Under the pieces are notes generated by a model. It was not told the origin of the DNA and did not search any database. It was given only the letters and a program-made list of their open reading frames with translations. A stretch of 64,000 nucleotides of DNA. Source: Anthoceros angustus. Lineage: Eukaryota; Plantae; Anthocerotophyta. The DNA is taken from positions 434,001 through 498,000 of the forward strand of contig VJWM01000144.1 in NCBI GenBank assembly GCA_010909165.1, read 5' to 3'. Made by a program: the position numbers and the translations under genes. Shown piece by piece: positions 36,866 to 46,695 of the stretch. Numbering within the stretch: position 1 is the stretch's first letter; every line of letters begins with the position of its first letter.

Positions 36866-38250
36866 TTACACAGCAGATCTAGCTTCTCTCAGGATGCTGA
36901 AACTAGGGGTCAATACAGTCTCCGCTTGGAGCAGAGGATGCTCGTGCAGACCATCCACCAGAGCCTCCGTCAAAGAGTATTTTATTTCCTGGGAAAGCAT
37001 GTCAGAAATTCTGCTGCATACCACGGCCCAATAAGCCGACAGAGACACCATCATGTCCCACGCTGTCTGCAAGAGCCCACACGATTGTTTCTCATTGTCA
37101 CATCAAAATTGTAACCAACTAAACTCTTGTGGCGACACTAAGCATCAGATGCAATATTTACTGGATTAGGCTGTTCAGTCACAGGATGTGGCTTCAATCT
37201 AACCTGGAAGCCACTTGAAGACTCCTTTCCTTGCACTTCTGTGAGATCAAAGCCAACTTCATTTCCCTGCCCTGACTCTGCCTCTGCTTGCTCCATCGCC
37301 TCAGCTTTCATCAAGTTGTTCTTGGTGAAGATGATAGCTTGCTCCTTGGCTAGCATCCTCTCCACAAATCTTTCACAGTTGCGGCGACTTTCAGCATTCC
37401 GGAATGCAACCTCGGTGGCAAACTTCAAGAATGGAAAGCCAACTGCCCAGGTTCCGATCACCTGAAATGGCAACCTGAATCAAACTCACATGGCGGCCAT
37501 TGCCTAGCAAATAGTTTTGTGCACTACAGTCTACTGAACACTGCTCACCTGCATTTGCACGTGAGCTGAGTACGAGTGTGCCTCCTGGACAAGCGTATGA
37601 CAGGCGTCGGCAATCTGGTCGACCTGCCTTTTCACCAGGTTCTGGAAGACCAGCTGTGTGGGGACAAGATTGGGAAGAGAGATACCGTTACATTCAGCAA
37701 TCATCTCTCTGATGCCCTCTACATTGGAAGGATCCATCAGTCCTGCTCCTGATTTTTGCATATACTCCGAAAAGGCTGCCAGAATAATCCATCCAGGGAC
37801 CGGACATGAGATACAGTTGATGGATACAAATGATGAGCAAGGTGCAGCCTGCTTTCAAGACACCAGACTTCAAGGACAAAGGAGACGTGTATACCAGTAA
37901 ACATATCATCCAGTCGTGGTGTGTACTCGCCCGGTAGCATGATCTGCTTCACATTTACAGTCTCTATTTCGGAACCGGTCGTCATGGTTTTGGAGAATTC
38001 CAATGCCATATGGGCCTCACCGTTGTTCTCCACTCCTGAAGGCAGACTGGTTTCTCTTGGCACTTTGCAATTCTGCAGAAGACCTTCGGGTGATGGTGAT
38101 TTCTGGACGTGTCAAAGGATTGAATTCAGATTAACGCTTATGATAGAAAGAGCCGTGGGCTGCACATATATAGCCTTCAGACATGGTAAGAGTCCTTGAT
38201 CCTCGGATATTATCTCTGGAGTCTCGATCAATCCTTGACTCTCGGACATT
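36866..38250 (-). pseudogene. Mx/DRP4-like stalk+GED, copy B (inverted relative to A; 5' truncated)
   Basis: Same exons as copy A: GISLPNLVPTQLVFQNLVKRQVDQIADAC and SAYWAVVCSRISDMLSQEIKYSL. Confidence 0.7.
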
Positions 38251-38254
38251 AACC

Positions 38255-38760
38255 GCAGGTGACCGCATTCTTTGTGGCCAAGCTGTCAAAACCTGGCGGG
38301 CATATTCCAGTTCACCTCATTTTGCTTACACGTCCACCAGGCAGGTGCCGAGCACAACGGTATGCAGCAGTCCTCTTTCCGCAATCTGTGAGTGCAGCTG
38401 CCTGCCATTCTGTAAGCTTGGCACCATGCAAGTGTTTGCACAGGCCTTCAGACGGCAAACCAAAGTAACATGGTTAGCAAAAGCAGGCTCTCATGCTCCA
38501 CTTTTTATACACGACAAGAGCTTCATGTCGGATCCCTTACTGTGCATACCCAGTAATCAGGGCGGTCCATGTCGCCACATCCTTCGTGGCCAAGTTGTCA
38601 AAAACCTGGCGGGCATCTTCCATTTCCCCACATTCTGCATATTCTGCATCCATGTCCACCAGGCAGTTGCACACCACTCGGCCATCCAGCAGTTCTCCTT
38701 TGACAATATGTGAGTGCAGCTGCCCGCCCTTCTCAAGCTTGCTGCTACAATAGGAGTCAT
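38255..38760 (-). pseudogene. Degenerate PPR fragment (repeated at ~39880-40330)
   Basis: LEKGGQLHSHIVK..VCNCLVDM..CGEMEDARQVFDNLATKDVATWTALITGYAQ. Confidence 0.75.
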
Positions 38761-41455
38761 ACACACTCTGCTTTAGGACTGAACCTTGTGATCTGACGAT
38801 GGCAATTAAGTTCTTAGCGGCTAGACTTCCACACAAGTTTTGAACTTCATGTTTGGAGGTTGGAGATGGACGAAGCAAGCTCCAACGCAGCCTGGCATCT
38901 CTGCATCTGTGGTGGTAAGCAGACTGTGGGCAAGCCAGTTACTACAAACGGAGCTAATTGGTGGAGGTGTACTTGCCAGTCTGGCGCATCTTGATCATCG
39001 CGGATTGCAAGGCCGAGCAGGCGTCCTCACCTTGGCTTAGTGCCTCGTAAAACAGGGACATGAGATGCAGAGCGGCACTATCATCTACACGCCATTGAGC
39101 CAGAACAGAGCAGGGAACTCCTGCGGTCATGAATGCCGACTGAAGCTCAGGACATCGAGGACGTTGTAGTGAAGGGTTACTCCAACAGCCGTGCTGCAGG
39201 CGCTTGGGACAACTAAGCAAGCACTCCACTCCCAACCTGACAACATAATATCATCGCAGTGCAAGCTACTCCCGACATCTGAGCTGCGAAATGGAAGAAG
39301 TCCAGAAAGAAAGTCCAAGCCTTCCGCTGTCCTATCCGCCTCTTGCTGCAACATCTGGTGCCCAAACAGTACGGCATCCACATCCGAGGAGACCGCACCC
39401 TCAGGTTCTTCACAGCTCTCTTCACCTGAAAACGTAGGTTGATCGTCCCTCATTACCTTAAGCTTGCCCTGTGCTGCTCGGCGTCGCCTTCTGGTTTGGG
39501 TGGTAGCTGAGGCCAAGCGGAGAGTCCCGTGATCGGCTTCCTTGCCACCAGAGCCGTGTGCTGCGATATGTATGAAGGCTTGGCTGCATTGGGTGCCACT
39601 TCCACACCTGAGGGCTTCTTCACCCACTCCAGCAGCCTTTCTACCGTGGCATCAGCACCCAACAGCTTCACAATCTCATGCTCAGGGTGACAAAACCAAA
39701 TAGCTCGCATATGGCGTTCACCTCCTTCCGACTTCCCGGCAACGGACTTTCTTGGTATGGCAAGTATTGAGGATCTCCCAAGGCCACTGCAGCCCCTGCA
39801 CCCGCAAGCAATGTCCTCTCCTGGAGTGACTTATATCGCACCTGACAAGAGTCGAGCATTAGGAAAGACGGTGTGAAGGCCAGTTCACCTCATTTTGCTT
39901 ACACGTCCACCAGGCAGGTGCCGAGCACAACGGTATGCAGCAGTCCTCTTTCCGCAATCTGTGAGTGCAGCTGCCTGCCATTCTGTAAGCTTGGCACCAT
40001 GCAAGTGTTTGCACAGGCCTTCAGACGGCAAACCAAAGTAACATGGTTAGCAAAAGCAGGCTCTCATGCTCCACTTTTATACACGACAAGAGCTTCATGT
40101 CGGATCCCTTACTGTGCATACCCAGTAATCAGGGCGGTCCATGTCGCCACATCCTTCGTGGCCAAGTTGTCAAAACCTGGCGGGCATCTTCCATTCCCAC
40201 ATTCTGCATATTCTGCATCCATGTCCACCAGGCAGTTGCACACCACTCGGCCATCCAGCAGTTCTCCTTTGACAATATGTGAGTGCAGCTGCCCGCCCTT
40301 CTCAAGCTTGCTGCTACAATAGGAGTCATACACACTCTGCTTTAGGACTGAACCTTGTGATCTGACGATGGCAATTAAGTTCTTAGCGGCTAGACTTCCA
40401 CACAAGTTTTGAACTTCATGTTTGGAGGTTGGAGATGGACGAAGCAAGCTCCAACGCAGCCTGGCATCTCTGCATCTGTGGTGGTAAGCAGACTGTGGGC
40501 AAGCCAGTTACTACAAACGGAGCTAATTGGTGGAGGGTGTACTTGCCAGTCTGGCGCATCTTGATCATCGCGGATTGCAAGGCCGAGCAGGCGTCCTCAC
40601 CTTGGCTTAGTGCCTCGTAAAACAGGGACATGAGATGCAGAGCGGCACTATCATCTACACGCCATTGAGCCAGAACAGAGCAGGGAACTCCTGCGGTCAT
40701 GAATGCCCGACTGAAGCTCAGGACATCGAGGACGTTGTAGTGAAGGGTTACTCCAACACCCGTGCTGCAGGCGCTTAGGACAACTAAGCAAGCACTCCAC
40801 TCCCAACCTGACAACATAATATCATCGCAGTGCAAGCTACTCCCGACATCTGAGCTGCGAAATGGAAGAAGTCCAGAAAGAAAGTCCAAGCCTTCCGCTG
40901 TCCTATCCGCCTCTTGCTGCAACATCTGGTGCCCAAACAGTACGGCATCCACATCCGAGGAGACCGCACCCTCAGGTTCTTCACAGCTCTCTTCACCTGA
41001 AAACGTAGGTTGATCGTCCCTCATTACCTTAAGCTTGCCCTGTGCTGCTCGGCGTCGCCTTCTGGTTTGGGTGGTAGCTGAGGCCAAGCGGAGAGTCCCG
41101 TGATCGGCTTCCTTGCCACCAGAGCCGTGTGCTGCGATATGTATGAAGGCTTGGCTGCATTGGGTGCCACTTCCCACACCTGAGGGCTTCTTCACCCACT
41201 CCAGCAGCCTTTCTACCGTGGCATCAGCACCCAACAGCTTCACAATCTCATGCTCAGGGTGACAAAAACCAAATAGCTCGCATATGGCGTTCACCTCCTT
41301 CCGACTTCCCGGCAGCGGACTTTCTTGGTATGGCAAGTATTGAGGATCTCCCAAGGCCACTGCAGCCCCTGCACCCGCAAGCAATGTCCTCTCCTGGAGT
41401 GACTTATATCGCACCTGACAAGAGTCCAGCATTAGGAAAGACGGTGTGAAGGCCA
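38307..41455. repeat. ~1.57-kb direct tandem duplication (38307-39879 / 39880-41455) containing the PPR fragment and the 3' end of the CHAT gene
   Basis: Near-identical sequence; the junction lies at the shared motif ccag(c)ttcacctc. Confidence 0.9.
38847..39880 (-). pseudogene. Frameshifted partial copy of the CHAT protease domain
   Basis: FIHIAAHG and VVPSACSTA are present but broken by single-base indels; no N-terminal region. Confidence 0.8.
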
Positions 41456-43784
41456 GCTTCACCTCTTCGAAAAGATAGCAACCAGAGTCTCTGTTCCTGA
41501 GGATGCTGAAAGGCACGTTCTGGAAACAACCAACCGCGGAGATGACCAACTTGCGATGCGGGTTCCGATTCTGTTCCCGGATGAAGTTGTGGAAGAGCGG
41601 CCTGATGAGCAGGTCGTACAACGTCTCCAGAGCATTCCTGCAGGAGTCATTCTCAAGCTTCCTCTCAAGACAAGCATCCGAAATGTCCCGGACATTTTCT
41701 AGTACACTGTCCGAGTCAATCCGATCAAATCTGTGGCACGAGGCCACACCTTCGTCCTGCACCACAAGGCACACATCCAACATCCCTAGAGATAGTGGCA
41801 ACGTCGATGTCAAACCTGCGAACTGCACAAACACTGCACCAGGCCCGCAGGCTCGCTGGGCTCGTTTTATCCATTCCCAGTCGATATGGGGCCCGAAATC
41901 CTCTGACTTGTAATTCCTAGCACTCTCGAGAGAAAGCAATGCTTTGCGGGCAATCTCACTATCTCCTGCTTCTGCTATTGGCGCCAAAAGCTTGGAGACA
42001 GTGGCCGCCACGGCATGAACGTGGAACAGACAGAAATAGGGAGTCCACGAACCTGCACACACTTGCATCTTGTTGCCGTTACCCAAGAGCTTCACTTGGT
42101 AGCGGCGTTCGGTAGCACTGTAAAGTGACAATGCGGCACAAGAATCCTTGTAGGACTCCCAGAATGCCTCCAGTACAGCCTTGCTGGGACTCACAGCAGG
42201 CAAAAGAGAGGGCATGAACGTAGCAGGCCCTGAGAATCCACAAACGGCCAAAGCATTCCGAACGAAGAAATGGGCAAGAACTGTAGGTTCCAAGGACTTC
42301 CCGTGCGCAACAAGAAATGCCCGAAGCCTCTCTACCCTGTCCAAGTGAGCCATGTTGGCGACATCGCGAGCCATTATTCCATGGCAAGTCTCGAAAATCT
42401 TCTTCTCCACCCAGGGCTTGTGAACAAAATTGGCGAGCTTAGCAAGACATCGGTCGAATGCCTCCAGCCCCTCCTCGACCTGGCCAAAATGGGTTATCAA
42501 TTGATCTCCTCGCAGCAGAAGACAAAAACATGCATACCTGGCTTGGAGAAAGCTCTGCACTACATCTAACCGGTCCATGACCTCTGGCCCAATCCCAGGT
42601 ACTAATTCGTTCGGTTGCCAACCTGTGCTGCGATTGTGCGCCAAATATTCCAGAAGCTCCAACTTCAGAAACTCAATCTTGGGGAGCGGCACTGGGAAAT
42701 CAAATCGGGGTTGAAGATCAAGCTGTTGAATCACATTCAATGCGTTGCGATCAATCTGACGACTCAGCTCAATCCGACCGAACTGTCTGAAGTACGTCTG
42801 CTGCAACATGAGGACTCTGGCTCTGACAAGAGGCCCGTGCTCATGGTTGCCTGGGACAGCTCTTTCAGCACGTTGGATCCAAATCAGACACTTATTTCCA
42901 ATCTGGGTCAAGTCAGCACAGCCGAAACAAATCCTTCCCGGCTTCCTAAGACCGGGGTTATTCATGACGGATGTCACAACACACAGAAAACAGGCTTCAA
43001 ACCCTCTCCAGTAATCTGGTGCTTCAAAATTCTCGACAGCCTCCGCTTGTTGGCCGCAGGAGAGCAATGCTACTCGTCGGAGAAGGTTCAGTGCCCACTT
43101 TGTCCGTTCCAATTCTTGAGGCCAGCAAAAGTGCAAAGTCTCCCACCTGGAGCTGATAGTCTGCATCTCCTCTGAGCTACAATCCCGAAGCATGGCATGT
43201 TCCAGCAGCAAGGTTTCCACCCAAGTGAAGGCCCAGATAACGATCAGCATAGTGCAATTCTGCGCTTCTGTCAATGACTCCCAGCTTGCAAGCTCATTGA
43301 CGTCGTCCACAGCCCGTAACACCTGTAGTAACAGCTCACGCATCTCCTGGCACACATCCACCATGGGCTCCTCCTCGTTTCCACATGCGATGAGCTCGTC
43401 AGCTAGCCCATTGAGACGCTGCATCACCCACCCATCAACTCCCGGTGACAATGCTTCCAACCCAAGCTTGAGCAACGCTGCCGGTGGCCGCACAATCCAC
43501 CAATCCTCACCAAATTCCCTAAACTTGTCCCAACCATCTGAGAAATTCGTCCAAAGATTGTAAGCTGCGTGGTAGTCCTCATTGCGGCGAGAGACAAACA
43601 CGGCTTCAACATCGCTTTCGGCTTTTCCTTCCCCTGCATCCGCTGATACAGCTTCTTCCCCAGATGATGAACAAGCAGGTGATTCCATATCACCAGACAC
43701 CCCAAGTTCCCGTGTAAACCTAAACCTGCTTGCAATTGCTTGCTGTTCGGCGGCAAGGCGAGTCTGCCATCGCCGGCCATCCAC
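40416..43784 (-). CDS. CHAT-domain (clan CD, caspase/separase-related) cysteine protease with a long helical/TPR-like N-terminus; intronless; first ATG at 43688
   Basis: ALLSLESAR, LYDLLIRPL, VPFSIL..YLFE, LPGSRKEVNAI, LLGADATVE, FIHIAAHG (His886 of the ORF), VVLSACSTG (Cys1006), RAFMTAGV..LAQWRVDD, ALQSAM and APFVVTG. Confidence 0.9.
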   Translation of the reverse strand: MDGRRWQTRLAAEQQAIASRFRFTRELGVSGDMESPACSSSGEEAVSADAGEGKAESDVEAVFVSRRNEDYHAAYNLWTNFSDGWDKFREFGEDWWIVRPPAALLKLGLEALSPGVDGWVMQRLNGLADELIACGNEEEPMVDVCQEMRELLLQVLRAVDDVNELASWESLTEAQNCTMLIVIWAFTWVETLLLEHAMLRDCSSEEMQTISSRWETLHFCWPQELERTKWALNLLRRVALLSCGQQAEAVENFEAPDYWRGFEACFLCVVTSVMNNPGLRKPGRICFGCADLTQIGNKCLIWIQRAERAVPGNHEHGPLVRARVLMLQQTYFRQFGRIELSRQIDRNALNVIQQLDLQPRFDFPVPLPKIEFLKLELLEYLAHNRSTGWQPNELVPGIGPEVMDRLDVVQSFLQARYACFCLLLRGDQLITHFGQVEEGLEAFDRCLAKLANFVHKPWVEKKIFETCHGIMARDVANMAHLDRVERLRAFLVAHGKSLEPTVLAHFFVRNALAVCGFSGPATFMPSLLPAVSPSKAVLEAFWESYKDSCAALSLYSATERRYQVKLLGNGNKMQVCAGSWTPYFCLFHVHAVAATVSKLLAPIAEAGDSEIARKALLSLESARNYKSEDFGPHIDWEWIKRAQRACGPGAVFVQFAGLTSTLPLSLGMLDVCLVVQDEGVASCHRFDRIDSDSVLENVRDISDACLERKLENDSCRNALETLYDLLIRPLFHNFIREQNRNPHRKLVISAVGCFQNVPFSILRNRDSGCYLFEEVKLAFTPSFLMLDSCQVRYKSLQERTLLAGAGAAVALGDPQYLPYQESPLPGSRKEVNAICELFGFCHPEHEIVKLLGADATVERLLEWVKKPSGVGSGTQCSQAFIHIAAHGSGGKEADHGTLRLASATTQTRRRRRAAQGKLKVMRDDQPTFSGEESCEEPEGAVSSDVDAVLFGHQMLQQEADRTAEGLDFLSGLLPFRSSDVGSSLHCDDIMLSGWEWSACLVVLSACSTGVGVTLHYNVLDVLSFSRAFMTAGVPCSVLAQWRVDDSAALHLMSLFYEALSQGEDACSALQSAMIKMRQTGKYTLHQLAPFVVTGLPTVCLPPQMQRCQAALELASSISNLQT

Positions 43785-44039
43785 AAGTCACGGGCCCCAT
43801 GCGCCTGCACCCTCGAATCCCTCTCTCACACCACAAATGTACTGTTCATATTTTCTCTCCTTTGGAAATTCTCTAGAGAGGAAAGCGAGTGTGGTCCATG
43901 TCACGACAAAATCCTCATGACGGCTTAGGTCAGTCGGGAACGCGTACATGTGTGGACTTCGGATTGAATCAGACACCATCCCACTGGGGAAATGTGTCGT
44001 GTGGAAATCTGCCTATGTGCACCCCCTAAAGCGGAAGCG

Positions 44040-44200
44040 GGGTGTGCACATAGAAATGCTGAGATAAGAACTTCAAATCTTGTTCCACATCTGGTAGCCG
44101 CAGATGCTCTGCACTGGAGCTTGCTACGTCAGTCTCCAAACTCCAAACATGAAGTTCAAAACTTACCATTGGCAGATCACAAGCTTCAGTCATAAAGCAG
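44040..44200 (+). pseudogene. Remnant 3' end of a second, diverged CHAT gene (inverted)
   Basis: Encodes LELATSVSKLQT* (stop 44150-44152), versus LELASSISNLQT* in the intact gene. Downstream sequence matches the reverse complement of ~40335-40415. Confidence 0.7.
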
Positions 44201-44623
44201 AGGTGCTTTTGGGCTATGACTGGCAAGCAATGGTGGTGGGAGCAGCCAGTCATTGGACAAGCATGCCACAAGGATGACACAAGTTCATGTTCAGAACGAA
44301 CTCATGTGTCTCCACAATCACATCCGTCACATCCCAATTTGAATGCAACGTTGTGCTTTACTGTAGACTGCGATTTGAATTCACATTTGGAGTACGAAAC
44401 AAATTTTCATATCATCATATTCTGGGTGATGCATCACCTCTAGAGGTAGGTCGGATCACCCAGACTGACAGAAACGGCTACAACTTTACTGCAAAATTCC
44501 AAGTCTTGTTCCACATAGTACGGGTTGCGAAATTGTTCATTTTGAATATGGGTAATTGCAGATGCTCAAGTTTCCATGGGCTTGCTAGGTCGCTAGGGTG
44601 TATTCAGCTGCTACTCTTCTCTA

Positions 44624-46250
44624 CTACACAGCAGATCTAGCTTCTCTCAGGATGCTGAAACTAGGGGTCAATACAGTCTCCGCTTGGAGCAGAGGATGCT
44701 CGTGCAGACCATCCACCAGAGCCTCCGTCAAAGAGTATTTTATCTCCTGGGAAAGCATGTCAGAAATTCTGCTGCATACCACGGCCCAATAAGCCGACAG
44801 AGACACCGTCATGTCCCACGCTGTCTGCAAGAGCCCACACGATTGTTTCTCATTGTCACATCAAAATTGTAACCAACTAAACTCTTGTGGCGACACTAAG
44901 CATCAGATATGCAATATTTACTGGATTAGGCTGTTCAGTCACAGGATGTGGCTTCAATCTAACCTGGAAGCCACTTGAAGGCTCCTTTCCTTGCACTTCT
45001 GTGAGATCAAAGCCAACTTCATTTCCCTGCCCTGACTCTGCTTCTGCTTCTGCTTGCTCCATCGCCTCAGCTTTCATCAAGTTGTTCTTGGTGAAGATGA
45101 TAGCTTGCTCCTTGGCTAGCATCCTCTCCACAAACCTTTCACAGTTGCGGCGACTTTCAGCATTCCGGAATGCAACCTCGGTGGCAAACTTCAAGAATGG
45201 AAAGCCAACTGCCCAGGTTCCGATCACCTGAAATGGCAACCCGAATCAAACTCACATGGTGGCCATTGCCTAGCAAATAGTTTTGTGCACTACAGTCTAC
45301 TGAACAGTGCTTACCTGCATTTGCACGTGAGCTGAGTACGAGTGTGCCTCCTGGACAAGCGTATGACAGGCATCGGCAATCTGGTCGACCTGCCTTTTAA
45401 CCAGGCTCTGGAAGACCAGCTGTGTGGGGACAAGATTGGGAAGAGAGATTCCGTTACATTCAGCAATCATCTCCCTGATGCCCTCTACATTGGAAGGATC
45501 CATCAGTCCTGCTCCTGATTTTTGCATATACTCCGAAAAGGCTGCCAGAATAATCCATCCAGTGACAGGACATGAGATACTGTTCGTGGATACAAATGAT
45601 GAGCAAGGTGCAGCCTGCTTTCAAGACACCAGACTTCAAGGACAAAGGTGACGTGTGTACCAGTAAACATATCATCCAGTCGTGGTGTGTACTCGCCCGG
45701 TAGCATGATCTGCTTCACATTTACAGTCTCTATTTCGGAACCGGTCGTCATGGTTTTGGAGAATTCCAATGCCATATGGGCCTCACCGTTGTTCTCCAGT
45801 CCTGAAGGCAGACTGGTTTCTCTTGGCCTTTGCAATCCTGCAGAAGACCTTCGGGTGATGGTGATTTCTGGACGTGTCAAAGGATTGAATTCAGATTAAC
45901 ACTTATGATAGAAAGAGCCGTGGGCTGCACATATATAGCCTTCAGACATGATAAGAGTCCTTGATCCTTGGACATTATCTCTTGAGTCTCGATCGATCCT
46001 TGACTCTCGGACATTATCTCTGGAGTCTCGATCGATCCTTGACTCTCGGACATTATCTCTGGAGTCTCGATCGATCCTTGACTCTCGGACATCAACAACC
46101 ATATGCATCACGCAGGATGATCCATAAGTTTCCGTCATCAGAGTCTCCATGATGAACAATCATCACATACATTGCATCCCCTCCATCTCCAGCACGCTTG
46201 TTTTGCGCCTCAATAACGTTAACGCCTTTCTCGATGCCATCTTCCTCCAT
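44624..46250 (-). pseudogene. Mx/DRP4-like stalk+GED, copy C (between the CHAT and gasdermin-like genes); stalk exons look open
   Basis: MEEDGIEKGVNVIEAQ.., EYTPRLDDMF, GISLPNLVP, ERMLAKEQAIIFTKN and SAYWAVVCSRISDML. Confidence 0.7.
45955..46092. repeat. 39-bp tandem repeat, ~3.5 copies
   Basis: gagtctcgatcgatccttgactctcggacattatctctg repeated. Confidence 0.9.
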
Positions 46251-46568
46251 CAAGCTCTCCTCTTTCACTCCAGTACAGTACTCAAAAGAAAAAAGTTGGA
46301 AGGACCTCAGCCTTTTTCCATGCCACCAACATGCTATGCGAAGGGCAAAGAAGGGAGAGTAAGGGCTATGCGCGAACATGCGAATTACAGTCCTCCCTCC
46401 CTTCAAGGACTGACATCCAGCAATCGATGAGGTCATTGATCTTCAGACGCATCACTATCAGTACTTGGATGGGGTGTTACCCCTCCCGAGCGGGCCATCT
46501 GCTGTAAACATTATACCCTCGTCTTGTAGGGTGCAATGGCCGTGGGTTGTTAGTGCCAGGCATCTTAC

Positions 46569-46660
46569 AAGCTTCATTGTTGGAGTAAGCACCCATCCTA
46601 AGCTTCATTGTTGGAGTAAGCACCCATCCCAAGCGTCATTGTTGGAGTAAGCACCCATCC
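46569..46660. repeat. 31-bp tandem repeat x3, ~35 bp upstream of the gasdermin-like ORF
   Basis: aagcKtcattgttggagtaagcacccatccY x3. Confidence 0.9.
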
Positions 46661-46695
46661 AGTAACACCCGCCCCAGAACTCATGCCTATCCCAT

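Noticed and set aside
45955-46660. Short repeat arrays (39-bp and 31-bp; also 36024-36140 and 48443-48652) as CRISPR arrays
   Set aside because: Head-to-tail tandem units without unique spacers, no cas genes, and a eukaryotic context.
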